From assembly GCA_963761335.1 (NCBI GenBank), contig CAVXGR010000018.1, positions 96,001 to 160,000 on the forward strand: a DNA stretch of 64,000 nucleotides, read 5' to 3'. This DNA is from an uncultured delta proteobacterium (GTDB lineage Bacteria; Desulfobacterota; Binatia; HRBIN30; BPIQ01). A program made the position numbers and the translations under genes. Of the stretch, positions 9,880 to 19,820 are shown one piece after another. Numbering within the stretch: the stretch's first letter is position 1; each line of letters opens with the position of its first letter. A model generated the notes under the pieces. It ran no database searches. It was not told the origin of the DNA and worked only from the letters and a program-made list of their open reading frames with translations.

Positions 9880-9904
9880 AAGTCGCCGTGGTAGAAGAGC
9901 GCCC

Positions 9905-10225
9905 ATGGAAATCTTCAAAGACGTCGGCGCCATGGCGTCCTTTGCCGCCGAGAAGATGAAGAAGCTCAACGTCTTCGACACCGAGCGCATGTTCTGCGAC
10001 GTGTACTGCTTCGAGCCCGGGCAGGCGCAGACGGCGCACGCGCACGCCGGCTCGGACAAGATCTACGTCGTCCTCGAAGGCCGCGGCGAGTTCAGTGTCG
10101 GCAAGCAGAGCCGCGAGGCGAGCCCGATGACGGCGATTCTCGCCCCAGCCGGCGAGCCGCACGCGGTGCGCAACTCCGGCGCCGAGCGCTTGCGGGTTCT
10201 GGTGTTCATGGCGCCAAAGCCGTGA
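9905..10225 (+). CDS. Cupin domain protein
   Basis: YCFEPGQAQTAHAHAGSDKIYVVLEGRG...APAGEPHAVRNSG. Confidence 0.85.
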   Translation: MEIFKDVGAMASFAAEKMKKLNVFDTERMFCDVYCFEPGQAQTAHAHAGSDKIYVVLEGRGEFSVGKQSREASPMTAILAPAGEPHAVRNSGAERLRVLVFMAPKP

Positions 10226-10231
10226 AGAAGA

Positions 10232-10318
10232 TGGTTGGCGGGTTTACCGGGTTTTCGAGTTGGCAGGTTCAGATGAACCCGGCAACCCGAAGACCCGTCA
10301 ACCCGCCAACCTGCCGGG
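10232..10318. repeat. Second ~9-mer palindromic array
   Basis: tggttggcgggtttaccgggttttcgagttggcaggtt, cagatg, aacccggcaacccgaagacccgtcaacccgccaacc. Confidence 0.6.
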
Positions 10319-10792
10319 TAGCCCGAGCGAGATCCAGGTGATCGCTGCGGTGAGCAGCAGGACCAGGACCAGGGGGCCGAGGAGGCGCCGCTCCATGCTG
10401 CGCAGCTTCTCCTCGCCGAGCTGCTCCTGCCAGTCCTCGTGGCGGACGATGCGGTGGCCGAGACCGAAGCTGATGTAGGTCGCGGTCATCACCAGCACGA
10501 AGACCAGCGACAGCTTCCAGGCGAGCAGGGTGCCGACACGGGCATAGAATTCGGAGAGCAGCGCCGACTTGTAGCTGGTGAGATTGAAGGCGCCGGTCAT
10601 CACCTGGACGCCGAGGGCGGCGATGCTCAGGGGGTTGTAGGCGCGAAAGCAGACGGCCAGGTACTTCTGGCGGGCCGCTGCCTCCGGGTAGCGCGACGAC
10701 GCCGGCAGGAGGAGCAGCAACAACAGGGCCGTGGCGCCGAAGTAGACCGCCAAGCCGAGGAGGTGGAGCCAGAGATCGATCGAGTTGCTCAA
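10298..10792 (-). CDS. CopD/DUF4149-like 4-TM membrane protein (start uncertain)
   Basis: WLHLLGLAVYFG, VMTGAFNL, LLAWKLSLV; four hydrophobic segments. Confidence 0.6.
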   Translation of the reverse strand: MSNSIDLWLHLLGLAVYFGATALLLLLLLPASSRYPEAAARQKYLAVCFRAYNPLSIAALGVQVMTGAFNLTSYKSALLSEFYARVGTLLAWKLSLVFVLVMTATYISFGLGHRIVRHEDWQEQLGEEKLRSMERRLLGPLVLVLLLTAAITWISLGLPGRLAG

Positions 10793-10943
10793 GACTCGGG
10801 GGGTCTTATCCCGGCAGCCTGCCGGCGGCAAGTGCGCTTCACCCGCGTTGACTCCCCGGGACCAACTCGTTAAGTACCCTTCATGTGTGCCTCCGCGTTA
10901 TTCCTGCGCGGAATGACCGGGTGCATGCCCGGAGGTGAACGCA

Positions 10944-11468
10944 ATGGCCAGTAAGATCACGCCCGCAAAGACAGGCGATGACGCCCTCTTGGGCGAGAGC
11001 ATAGTCCTCACTACCGTCGACAAGGCGATCGGCTGGGCGCGGAAGTTCTCCCTGTTCCCGTATCCCTTCGCCACCGCTTGCTGCGCCATGGAGTACATGT
11101 CGCTGTCGATGTCGCCTTACGACATCGATCGCTTCGGCGCCCTGCTGCCGCGCTTCACGCCGCGGCAGTCCGATCTCCTCATGGTGATCGGCACCGTCTC
11201 GGTGCGCCAGGGGCCGGTGCTGAAGCGCGTCTACGATCAGATGGCGGAGCCCAAGTGGGTGATGTCCTTCGGCGCCTGCGCCTCCACCGGCGGCTTCTAC
11301 GACAACTACGCCACCATCCCCGGCATCGACCGCATCGTCCCGGTCGACGTCTACGTCCCCGGATGCCCGCCCCGTCCCGAGGCCGTGCTCGACGCCCTCA
11401 TGGCGCTGCAGCGCCGCATCCAGCGGCAGAAGCAGAAGCTCATGGGCGAGGTGGCGGAGGCGCGCTAG
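10944..11468 (+). CDS. nuoB: NADH-quinone oxidoreductase subunit B
   Basis: TACCAMEYM, RFTPRQSDL, QMAEPKWVMSFGACASTGG, VDVYVPGCPPRPEA; GGAGGT RBS. Confidence 0.93.
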   Translation: MASKITPAKTGDDALLGESIVLTTVDKAIGWARKFSLFPYPFATACCAMEYMSLSMSPYDIDRFGALLPRFTPRQSDLLMVIGTVSVRQGPVLKRVYDQMAEPKWVMSFGACASTGGFYDNYATIPGIDRIVPVDVYVPGCPPRPEAVLDALMALQRRIQRQKQKLMGEVAEAR

Positions 11469-11478
11469 CGCTCGTCTG

Positions 11479-12804
11479 ATGGGCGAGAAGATCCTGCTCC
11501 GCCACGAGGAGGTCGCCGATCTCCGCCGTCTCGACGTCTACGAAGGAGACGGCGGCTACACGGCGGCACGCAAGGCCCTGACCGAGCTCAACCCCGACGG
11601 GCTGGTGGAGATGGTCAAGTCGTCGGGCCTGCGCGGCCGCGGCGGCGCTGGCTTTCCCACCGGCGTCAAGTGGGGCTTCCTGCCCAAGGACAGCCCCAAG
11701 CCGCGCTACCTCTGCGTCAACGCCGACGAGAGCGAGCCCGGCACCTTCAAGGACCGGGCGATCATCGAGCACAACCCGCACCTGCTGATCGAGGGCATCG
11801 TCATCTCCTCGTTCGCCATCCGCTGCCACACCGCCTATCTGTACATCCGCGGCGAGTTCGGCCTGGGCGCCAAGGTCCTGGAGCAGGCGATCCGTGAAGC
11901 GCGCGCCGCGGGCCATATCGGCAAGAACATCTACGGCAGCGGCTACGACCTGGAGGTCTACGTGCACCGCGGCGCCGGCGCCTACATCTGCGGCGAGGAG
12001 ACGGGCCTGATCGAGTCCCTCGAAGGCAAGCGCGCCTACCCGCGCGTCAAGCCGCCGTTCCCCGCCGTCTACGGCGTCTTCGGCTGCCCGACCATCGTCA
12101 ACAACGTCGAGACCCTGTCCTGCGTGCCGCCGATCATCAGGCGCGGGCCGGAGTGGTTCCGCGGCATCGGCCCGGAGAAGTGCCCGGGGCCGAAGCTCTT
12201 CTGCCTCAGTGGCCACATCAACCGCCCGGGAGTCTACGAAGGCCCCATGGGCACCTCGCTGCGCGACCTGATCTACGCCCCCGAGTACGGCGGCGGCATC
12301 CTCAACGGCAAGCAGCTGAAGGCGGTCATCCCAGGAGGCTCGTCGGTGCCGCTGTTCAAGCCCGACGAGCTCGACGTGTCCATGGATTTCGACTCGGTCG
12401 CCAAGGCCGGGTCATTGCTCGGCTCCTGCGGCACCATCGTCATGGACGAGGACACCTGCATGGTCGACGCCCTGCGCATCATCGCGCGCTTCTACCACCA
12501 CGAGTCCTGTGGCCAGTGCACCCCCTGCCGCGAGGGCACCGGCTGGCTCGAACGCGTGCTCAATCATCTGGAGTTCGGCGGCGCCGCGCCCAACGAGGTC
12601 GAGAAGCTGCTGAGCATCGCCGACAACATGATGGGCAACACCATCTGTCTGCTCGCCGACGCCGCCGCCATGCCGACCAAGAGCTTCATTTCCAAGTTCC
12701 GCGAGGAGTTCGAGGAGCACGCGCGTCTGGACGGCTGCCCGAAGCGCCAGGCGTCGGTGACCCCGGCCCCCGCGCCCGGAGCCGCGCCGAGCGCCACCGC
12801 CTGA
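11479..12804 (+). CDS. nuoF: NADH-quinone oxidoreductase subunit F
   Basis: SGLRGRGGAGFPTGVKW, NADESEPGTFKDR, GAGAYICGEETGLIESLEG, HESCGQCTPCREG. Confidence 0.95.
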   Translation: MGEKILLRHEEVADLRRLDVYEGDGGYTAARKALTELNPDGLVEMVKSSGLRGRGGAGFPTGVKWGFLPKDSPKPRYLCVNADESEPGTFKDRAIIEHNPHLLIEGIVISSFAIRCHTAYLYIRGEFGLGAKVLEQAIREARAAGHIGKNIYGSGYDLEVYVHRGAGAYICGEETGLIESLEGKRAYPRVKPPFPAVYGVFGCPTIVNNVETLSCVPPIIRRGPEWFRGIGPEKCPGPKLFCLSGHINRPGVYEGPMGTSLRDLIYAPEYGGGILNGKQLKAVIPGGSSVPLFKPDELDVSMDFDSVAKAGSLLGSCGTIVMDEDTCMVDALRIIARFYHHESCGQCTPCREGTGWLERVLNHLEFGGAAPNEVEKLLSIADNMMGNTICLLADAAAMPTKSFISKFREEFEEHARLDGCPKRQASVTPAPAPGAAPSATA

Positions 12805-12834
12805 CCTCCGGCCACCGGCCGCACCGAGAGAGAG

Positions 12835-14412
12835 ATGCCCACACTCGAGATCGATGGACGCCAGGTGACCGTCGAGGACGGTCTCAACATCATCCAGGCC
12901 GCCCAGCGGCTCGGCATCGAGATCCCGCACTACTGTTACCACCCGGGTCTGCCGATCGCCGGCAACTGCCGCATGTGCCTGGTCGAGATCGAGAAGATTC
13001 CCAAGCTGCAGATCGCCTGCAACACGCGCGTCAGCGAGGGGATGGTGGTGCGCACCACCACCGAGCGGGTCAAGCAGGCGCAGCGGAGCGTCCTCGAGTT
13101 CCTGCTGATCAACCATCCGATCGACTGCCCCATCTGCGACCAGGCCGGCGAGTGCAAGCTGCAGGACTACTACATGGACTACGACCGGCAGCCGAGCCGG
13201 ATGCCGCAGGAAGAAAAGGTCGAGAAGGGCAAGGCGATCGACATCGGTCCGCTGGTGATGCTGGACCAGGAGCGCTGCATCCTGTGCACCCGCTGCGTGC
13301 GCTTCCTCGACGAGATCACCGGCACCGGCGAGCTCGGCTTGTTCGAGCGCGGCGATCACTCGATGATCGACCTCTTCCCCGGGCACCGCCTCGAGAATGC
13401 GTACTCCGGCAACGTCGTCGACATCTGCCCGGTGGGGGCGCTCACCAGCAAGGACTTCCGCTTCAAGGCGCGCGTCTGGTACCTCGAGCACACCCCGTCG
13501 GTGTGTCCGACCTGCGCCAGCGGCTGCAACATCGACGTCCACCACCGCAAGGGGCAGATCTTTCGCTTCCGCCCGCGCGAGAACGACGAGGTCAACAAGT
13601 ACTGGATGTGTGACGAGGGCCGGCTGAGCTACAAGCGCTTTCAGACGGAGAGCCGCATCTTGCAGCCGTTTCTCCGGCGCGCCGACGATCTCGTTCCCGC
13701 CGGCTGGACGGATGCGATCGCCGCGGTGGGCGATCGGCTCGCGGAGATTCGCCGCCAGCACGGCAGCGGCGCCGTCGCCGGAGTGATCTCCGCCTGGGCG
13801 ACCAACGAGGAAGCGCACCTCTTGGCGCGTCTCTTCCGCGATTCACTCGAGGGAGCGACGGTGGCTGGCCTGGCCTGGTCGCCGCAGGACGCCTCGCACG
13901 ACGAGCTTCTGCGCGATGCCGACAAGAACCCCAACACCGCCGGCCTGCGCGCCCTCGGTATCGACATCGATGGTCTCGAGGCGCTGGCGCAGCGCATCGA
14001 GGCGGGCGAGGTCAAGGCGCTGGTGGTGTTCCGCGCCGATCTCGACCGGCCGCTCGGAGGTGCGCGGCTGCGATCCCTGGCCGACAAGCTCGAGTACGTG
14101 GTGGTCGCCGACACCGACGGCCACGACACCGCGGCCCTCGCCGACGCGGTGCTGCCGCTCGCCTCGTTTGCGGAGACGGACGGCACCTTCACCAACCGCG
14201 CCCGGCGCGTGCAGCGCATCCGCCGCGCCTTCCCCCCGGCCGGTCAGGCGCGCCCCGGCATCGACGTCATCGAGGATCTCGGCGAGCAGCTCGGCCCGTG
14301 GAAAAGGTCGCCGAGCCCGGAAGCCGTCTTCGCCGAGCTCGCCGCCGCCCATGCGCCGTTCGGCGGCCTCAGCTACCAGGCGATCGGCCTTCTCGGGGCG
14401 CCGCTGAAGTAG
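12835..14412 (+). CDS. nuoG: NADH-quinone oxidoreductase subunit G (short form)
   Basis: IPHYCYHPGLPIAGNCRMCLVE, HPIDCPICDQAGECKLQDY, RCILCTRCVRF, CPTCASGC. Confidence 0.92.
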   Translation: MPTLEIDGRQVTVEDGLNIIQAAQRLGIEIPHYCYHPGLPIAGNCRMCLVEIEKIPKLQIACNTRVSEGMVVRTTTERVKQAQRSVLEFLLINHPIDCPICDQAGECKLQDYYMDYDRQPSRMPQEEKVEKGKAIDIGPLVMLDQERCILCTRCVRFLDEITGTGELGLFERGDHSMIDLFPGHRLENAYSGNVVDICPVGALTSKDFRFKARVWYLEHTPSVCPTCASGCNIDVHHRKGQIFRFRPRENDEVNKYWMCDEGRLSYKRFQTESRILQPFLRRADDLVPAGWTDAIAAVGDRLAEIRRQHGSGAVAGVISAWATNEEAHLLARLFRDSLEGATVAGLAWSPQDASHDELLRDADKNPNTAGLRALGIDIDGLEALAQRIEAGEVKALVVFRADLDRPLGGARLRSLADKLEYVVVADTDGHDTAALADAVLPLASFAETDGTFTNRARRVQRIRRAFPPAGQARPGIDVIEDLGEQLGPWKRSPSPEAVFAELAAAHAPFGGLSYQAIGLLGAPLK

Positions 14413-14441
14413 GCCGGGCGGGGCTGCCGAGGACGTAGTCC

Positions 14442-14489
14442 TCATTCTCATTTCCGGTCCTCATCCCGTCGTCTTCCATTCGCTCTGAC
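14442..14489. repeat. Single arm of MITE-like repeat family
   Basis: cattctcatttccggtcctcatcccgtcgtcttccattcgctctgac approximates the reverse complement of the right arm at 52841-52886. Confidence 0.7.
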
Positions 14490-14528
14490 CGCCGCGAGTA
14501 CCGCCAGACTCATCGCGGGTTGGGACTT

Positions 14529-15590
14529 TTACGCTGTCCCGGCGGCGTACTGCTCGCGGTAGATTTGCACGAAGGCGACCAGGGTGGCGATGATCACCGG
14601 GCCGAGGAACATCCCCAGGAAGCCGTAGACCTGAAGGCCGCCGAGGATGCCGAAGAAGAGGAAGACGGTGGAGATGTTGGTGCGCTCGCCGATGACCCAT
14701 GGGCGGATGAAATTGTCGACGCTGCTCACCACGAGTGCGCCCCAGCCGAAGAGGATCAGGGCGCGGACCCATGAGTCGGTGATCGCCAGGTAGATCGAGA
14801 TCGGCACCCAGACGATGCCGGAGCCCGCCGGCAGCAGCGACAGGAAGCCGGAGGCGAAGCCGAAGAGCACCGCGAAGGGCACGCCGACGATCCAATAGCC
14901 GATGCCCGAGAGCACCCCCTGGGCCACGGCGGTCAGCAGGGCTCCCTGAACGACGGCGGCGAGGGTGTCGTAGAAGCGCGACATGACCCGGTCCTTGTAC
15001 TCGGCCTCCATGGGGATGACGTCGCGCAGATAGCGCGCCATGGTGTCGCCGTCGCGAAAGAAGAAGAACAGCGCGAAGGTGGTGAGAAAGAAATTGACGA
15101 CCACGAGGAAGACGTTGCGCACCGCCCCGGTCGCCTGCTCCATGAGGAAGCCGGTGACGTAGTTGGTGCCCCGCAGCGCCAGGTTGGGGATGTCGATCGC
15201 CGGCGTCTGCCAGGTGGCCGGAATCCAGCGGCCGAGCAGGTTGAGCGCCGTCAGGCGGATGTGCTCGAGCCAGCCCGAGAGCTGTCCGCCGTCGATGGCG
15301 TCCTGGAGGCGCTGATAGGCCGCCGCCGCCTGGTTGACGAGCAGGCTGCCCAGAAGGATCGTGGGAATGATCACCAGGGCGATCACCAGCGTGGTGAGGA
15401 CGAACGACGCCAGCCCCGGGCGATTGCGCAGCAGCCGCGCCAGCCGCGCCTGGGCCGGATAGAACACCAGGGCGAGAATGGCCGCCCAGGCGATCGGGGT
15501 GATGAAGACGGCGAGGATCAGGTAGAACTGATAGAGCAGAAAGAACAGGGCCGCGAAGAAGAAGGCGGCGAAGAGGTGCTCCCGGGTCAT
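14529..15590 (-). CDS. AI-2E family transporter
   Basis: Multi-TM; FFFFRDG, SVDNFIRPWVIG, FFGILGGLQVYGFLGMFLGPVI. Confidence 0.9.
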   Translation of the reverse strand: MTREHLFAAFFFAALFFLLYQFYLILAVFITPIAWAAILALVFYPAQARLARLLRNRPGLASFVLTTLVIALVIIPTILLGSLLVNQAAAAYQRLQDAIDGGQLSGWLEHIRLTALNLLGRWIPATWQTPAIDIPNLALRGTNYVTGFLMEQATGAVRNVFLVVVNFFLTTFALFFFFRDGDTMARYLRDVIPMEAEYKDRVMSRFYDTLAAVVQGALLTAVAQGVLSGIGYWIVGVPFAVLFGFASGFLSLLPAGSGIVWVPISIYLAITDSWVRALILFGWGALVVSSVDNFIRPWVIGERTNISTVFLFFGILGGLQVYGFLGMFLGPVIIATLVAFVQIYREQYAAGTA

Positions 15591-15648
15591 TGGCGGCGCT
15601 TGTAGCAGAGGCGTCAGAGGGAAAGAATGGGGTGCTGCCGGGGGGGGA

Positions 15649-15749
15649 GGTTGTTAGGTCGTTGGCTGTTAGGTTGTTGGGTCGTATGAGCCTCCAGCGT
15701 TCCTCCAATCGGGAGAACCAAGACTTAACAACCAACAACCCAACAACCC
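15649..15749. repeat. Inverted pair of 8-mer arrays
   Basis: ggttgttaggtcgttggctgttaggttgttggg ... aacaaccaacaacccaacaacc. Confidence 0.6.
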
Positions 15750-15792
15750 TGCCCCAGCAGCACGCCTCGTATGCCCCTCAGCCCCTCGTTTC

Positions 15793-15825
15793 TTGACCGG
15801 AACCACGGATCTTGCTAGCTACGAT
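15793..15825 (+). promoter_or_regulatory. Possible sigma70 promoter for tRNA-Val/thrS
   Basis: TTGACC, 17 nt spacer, then TAGCTA (or TACGAT) about 30 nt upstream of the tRNA. Confidence 0.35.
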
Positions 15826-15852
15826 GCGGATTTCCTTCGGTCTTACCAATGC

Positions 15853-15927
15853 AGGCACGTAGCCCAGTGGGAGAGCGCTTCCTTGACACGGAAGAGGTCG
15901 GCGGTTCAATCCCGCCCGTGCCTACCA
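15853..15927 (+). tRNA. tRNA-Val(GAC)
   Basis: Acceptor stem AGGCACG/CGTGCCT, anticodon arm CTTCC-TTGACAC-GGAAG, GGTTCAATCC T-loop, encoded CCA. Confidence 0.97.
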
Positions 15928-16047
15928 TCATCCTGACGCGGCGAAGCTGAGCGAGGTCCTCGGCAGCGCCTGTCAGAAATCGCGCCGGCGCCCGAGGCGC
16001 CGCGCTGCCGGGGGTGGGCGTTACCTGCCCCTGGCCTATCGAAATTC

Positions 16048-18006
16048 ATGGCGGACATCACAGTCACTCAGAACGGCAGACAGGCGAAGGTCGAGGCCGG
16101 CAGCTCGGCGGCGGCGGCGATCAAGGCGCTCGACGCGGAGTCGCTGCGCGGCGCCGTCGCGGCGCGCGTCGACGGTCGCGTCGTCGATCTGTCGCGGCCC
16201 CTGAGCGCCGACTGCGCCGTCGAGGCGGTCGCCGCCGACTCGCCCGCCGGTCTGGAAGTTCTGCGCCACTCCTCGGCACACCTCATGGCGCAGGCGGTGA
16301 AGCGGCTCTTCCAGGATACGCAGATCACCATCGGCCCGGTGATCGAGGACGGCTTCTACTACGACTTCAAGAAGGGTACGCCGTTCACGCCCGAGGACCT
16401 GGAGCGCATCGAGACCGCCATGCGGCAGATCGTCAAGGAGGACCTGAAGGTCACCCGCGAGGAAATGCCGCGGCAGGAGGCCACGGAGTTTTTCCGCAAC
16501 ATGGGCGAGCTCTACAAGGCGGAGATCATCGAGAGCATCCCCGAAGAGCGGGTATCCCTCTACCGCCAGGGCGAGTTCGTCGACCTCTGCCGCGGCCCGC
16601 ACGTTCCCTCCACCGGCCGACTGAAGGCGGTGAAGCTGACCGGGATTGCCGGTGCCTACTGGCGCGGCGACGAGCGCAACGAGATGCTGCAGCGCATTTA
16701 CGGCACTGCCTTTGCCACCCGCGAGCAGCTGGAGGCGCACCTGGCGCTACGCGAGGAGGCCAAGCGCCGCGATCACCGCCGGCTCGGCAAGGACCTCGAC
16801 CTCTTCAGCTTCGACCCGATCTCGCCCGGGAGCCCGTTCTTCCACCCCAAAGGGGCGCACGTCTACAACTCGTTGACGCAGTTCATGCGCGGCCTCAACC
16901 AGCGCTACGGCTTCCAGGAGGTGGTGACCCCGCAGATCTTCGACACCGAGCTCTGGCACCGCTCCGGGCACTACGAGAACTACAAGGACAACATGTTCTT
17001 CTCGTACCTCGACGAGCGCGAGTACGGCGTCAAGCCGATGAACTGCCCGAGCCACTGCCTGATCTACTCGACGCGCCGGCACTCGTATCGGGAGCTGCCC
17101 ATCCGCTACGCCGACTTCGGCCGCCTGCACCGCGCTGAGCGCTCCGGGACGCTGCACGGGCTGACGCGCGTGCGCAGCTTCAGCCAGGACGACGCCCACA
17201 TCTTCTGCACACCGGCGCAGATCGAGGGCGAGATCGGCCGGCTGCTCGGCATGGTCGACGAGATGTCGCGCGTCTTCGGCTTCAGCGAGCGCAAGGTCTA
17301 TCTCTCGACCCGCCCGGAGAAGTCGATCGGCACCGACGAGATGTGGCAGCAGGCGGAAGGGGCTCTGGCCTCGGCGCTGCGCTCGGCGCAGATGCCCTAC
17401 GAGATCAACCCGGGCGACGGCGCCTTCTATGGGCCGAAGATCGATTTCAACTTCCTCGATGCCCTCAAGCGTCCGTGGCAGCTCTCCACCGTCCAGCTCG
17501 ACTTTGGGGCTCTGCCGGAGCGCTTCGACCTGAGCTACGTCACTCCGGAGGGATCGATGGAGCGGCCGGTGATGATCCACCGCGCCATTCTCGGCACCAT
17601 CGAGCGCTTCATGGGCATCTACATCGAGCACTGCGCCGGCGCCTTCCCGCTGTGGCTGGCGCCGCTGCAGGTGCGGGTGCTGACGCTCACCGAACGCCAG
17701 GAGGCGTACGGCCGCACCGTCGCCGACCGCCTGCTGGCGGCGGGCTTCCGCGCCGAGGTTGACGACCGCAACGAGAAGCTCGGCTTCAAGATCCGCGAGG
17801 CGCAGCTCGAGAAGATTCCCTACATGCTGGTCGTCGGCGACAAGGAGGCGGCCAACGGCACCGTGGCGCCGCGCAGTCGCGCCGGAGGCAACATCGAGCC
17901 GATGCCCCTGGCGGCGTTCATCGAGCGTCTCACCGAGGAGTCCCGCCTGCCGTCCACGGTGGCCGAGGAGCCGGAGCTGCCCAGAGCGGCGCAATCCGCA
18001 GGGTAG
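16048..18006 (+). CDS. thrS: Threonine--tRNA ligase
   Basis: [49 protein letters not shown]. Confidence 0.98.
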   Translation: MADITVTQNGRQAKVEAGSSAAAAIKALDAESLRGAVAARVDGRVVDLSRPLSADCAVEAVAADSPAGLEVLRHSSAHLMAQAVKRLFQDTQITIGPVIEDGFYYDFKKGTPFTPEDLERIETAMRQIVKEDLKVTREEMPRQEATEFFRNMGELYKAEIIESIPEERVSLYRQGEFVDLCRGPHVPSTGRLKAVKLTGIAGAYWRGDERNEMLQRIYGTAFATREQLEAHLALREEAKRRDHRRLGKDLDLFSFDPISPGSPFFHPKGAHVYNSLTQFMRGLNQRYGFQEVVTPQIFDTELWHRSGHYENYKDNMFFSYLDEREYGVKPMNCPSHCLIYSTRRHSYRELPIRYADFGRLHRAERSGTLHGLTRVRSFSQDDAHIFCTPAQIEGEIGRLLGMVDEMSRVFGFSERKVYLSTRPEKSIGTDEMWQQAEGALASALRSAQMPYEINPGDGAFYGPKIDFNFLDALKRPWQLSTVQLDFGALPERFDLSYVTPEGSMERPVMIHRAILGTIERFMGIYIEHCAGAFPLWLAPLQVRVLTLTERQEAYGRTVADRLLAAGFRAEVDDRNEKLGFKIREAQLEKIPYMLVVGDKEAANGTVAPRSRAGGNIEPMPLAAFIERLTEESRLPSTVAEEPELPRAAQSAG

Positions 18007-18046
18007 GGGGCCACCCCACCCTCAAGAACAAGGAGAAAGGTCTCTC

Positions 18047-18244
18047 ATGCCCAAGATCAAGACTTCGCGCGGCACCGCCAAGCGCTTCAAGGTTACCGGC
18101 TCGGGGAAGATCGTCCGCGCCAAGGCCTATCGCCGACATCAGCTGTCGTGCAAGACGACCAAGCAGAAGCGGCATCTGCGCGGCACCACCGTGGTGGATG
18201 CCACCAATGCCAAGGCCATCCGCCAGCTGATCCCCTACAAGTGA
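18047..18244 (+). CDS. rpmI: 50S ribosomal protein L35
   Basis: [21 protein letters not shown]...[10 protein letters not shown]. Confidence 0.96.
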   Translation: MPKIKTSRGTAKRFKVTGSGKIVRAKAYRRHQLSCKTTKQKRHLRGTTVVDATNAKAIRQLIPYK

Positions 18245-18365
18245 GGGCGCTCTGCCGCGGGGGCGGAGGTTGGCAAAACGGGGCCGAGCTGTTAGACATG
18301 ACCCCTTGACCTGGGCCTCGGGGGCGGGGGCCGGGTCTCGGAATTGCAACGAAGGGAGAAGCAAC

Positions 18366-18725
18366 ATGCCACGCGTAAAGCGCGGGACCAAAGGACGCGC
18401 GCGACACAAGAAGGTGATGAAGCTCGCCAAGGGAAACGTCGGCGGGCGGCGGAAGCAGTACCGCCAGGCGCGCGAGACGGTCGAGCGCGGCCTCACCTAC
18501 GCCTACCGCGATCGCCGCGTCCGCAAGCGTGATTTTCGCGGCCTGTGGATCGTGCGCATCGGCGCCGCGGCGCGACTGAACGGCCTTTCTTACAGCCAGC
18601 TGATTCACGGGCTCAAGCTGGAGGGAATCGACCTCGACCGCAAGATTCTCGCCGACCTCGCTGTCCGCGACCCGCAGGCCTTCGGCGAGATTGCCGCCAA
18701 GGCGAAATCGCGTCTCGCCGCCTGA
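18366..18725 (+). CDS. rplT: 50S ribosomal protein L20
   Basis: MPRVKRG...[21 protein letters not shown]...[10 protein letters not shown]. Confidence 0.97.
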   Translation: MPRVKRGTKGRARHKKVMKLAKGNVGGRRKQYRQARETVERGLTYAYRDRRVRKRDFRGLWIVRIGAAARLNGLSYSQLIHGLKLEGIDLDRKILADLAVRDPQAFGEIAAKAKSRLAA

Positions 18726-18798
18726 CGGTGCGGACCCCGCCCATGTGTCGAGCAAGCCATGAGGCCTCCGGCTTCATGGCTTGCTTGCGTTGGGGATC

Positions 18799-19818
18799 AT
18801 GAAGGCGGCTCTGGAAAAGCTCCGCGAGGAAGCCCTGCTCGCGGTGGAGGACTGCGGCGACGAGAGCGGCCTCGAGGACCTGCGGCTGCGGTATCTCGGC
18901 CGCAAGGGCGAGCTGACGCAGATCCTGCGCGGCCTCCGCGAGGTGGCGCCCGAGGAGAGGCCGCAGATCGGTGAGCTCGCCAACCAGGTGAAGGACGCCC
19001 TTGAGGGGCGCTTGGAGCGCGCCCGCGAGGATCTGCGGCGCCGCGAGCTCGAGCGCCGCGTGACCGAGGAGCGCATCGACATCACCATCCCCGGCCGCCG
19101 GCCGCCCTCCGGCAGCATTCATCCGCTGACCCAGGTGATGGACGAGCTGGTGGGGATCTTCGTCAGCCTCGGTTTCAGCGTCGCCGAGGGACCGGACATC
19201 GAGGACGATTACCACAACTTCGAGGCGCTCAACTTTCCACCCGATCACCCGGCGCGCGACATGCAGGACACCTTCTTCGTGTCGCGCGACATGGTCCTGC
19301 GCACGCACACCTCGCCGGTGCAGATCCGCGTCATGGAGCAGCGCCAGCCGCCCCTGCGCGTCATTGCCCCGGGGTGGGTGTACCGCCACGACAGCGACGT
19401 CACCCACTCGCCCATGTTCAGCCAGATCGAGGGCTTCATGGTCGACAAGCGCGTCACCTTTGGCGACCTGAAGGGAGTGCTGACCCTCGCCATGCAGCGC
19501 CTCTTCGGCAGCGACACGCGGGTCCGCTTCCGGCCGTCTTTCTTTCCCTTCACCGAGCCCAGCGCCGAGGTCGACATCGGCTGCTTCGAATGCCGCGGTG
19601 AGCCCGGCTGCCGGCTGTGCAGGGGCACCGGTTGGATGGAGATCCTCGGCTCGGGGCTGATCGATCCGAACGTCTTCCGCTTCGTCGGCTACGATCCCGA
19701 CGCGGTCTCGGGATTCGCCTTCGGCATGGGTATCGAGCGGGTCGCCATGCTCAAGTATCAGGTCAACGACATTCGCCTGTTTTTCGGCAACGACCTGCGC
19801 TTCCTGCGGCAGTTCTGA
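18799..19818 (+). CDS. pheS: Phenylalanine--tRNA ligase alpha subunit
   Basis: NFEALNFPPDHPARDMQDTF, LRTHTSPVQIR, RFRPSFFPFTEPSAE, GFAFGMGIER. Confidence 0.98.
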   Translation: MKAALEKLREEALLAVEDCGDESGLEDLRLRYLGRKGELTQILRGLREVAPEERPQIGELANQVKDALEGRLERAREDLRRRELERRVTEERIDITIPGRRPPSGSIHPLTQVMDELVGIFVSLGFSVAEGPDIEDDYHNFEALNFPPDHPARDMQDTFFVSRDMVLRTHTSPVQIRVMEQRQPPLRVIAPGWVYRHDSDVTHSPMFSQIEGFMVDKRVTFGDLKGVLTLAMQRLFGSDTRVRFRPSFFPFTEPSAEVDIGCFECRGEPGCRLCRGTGWMEILGSGLIDPNVFRFVGYDPDAVSGFAFGMGIERVAMLKYQVNDIRLFFGNDLRFLRQF

Positions 19819-19820
19819 CC

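Noticed and set aside
19617..19820. N-terminal extensions of pheT and similar extended ORFs for rpmI, rplT, archease and cupin
   Set aside because: They overlap upstream genes or repeats; homology begins at the downstream starts used here
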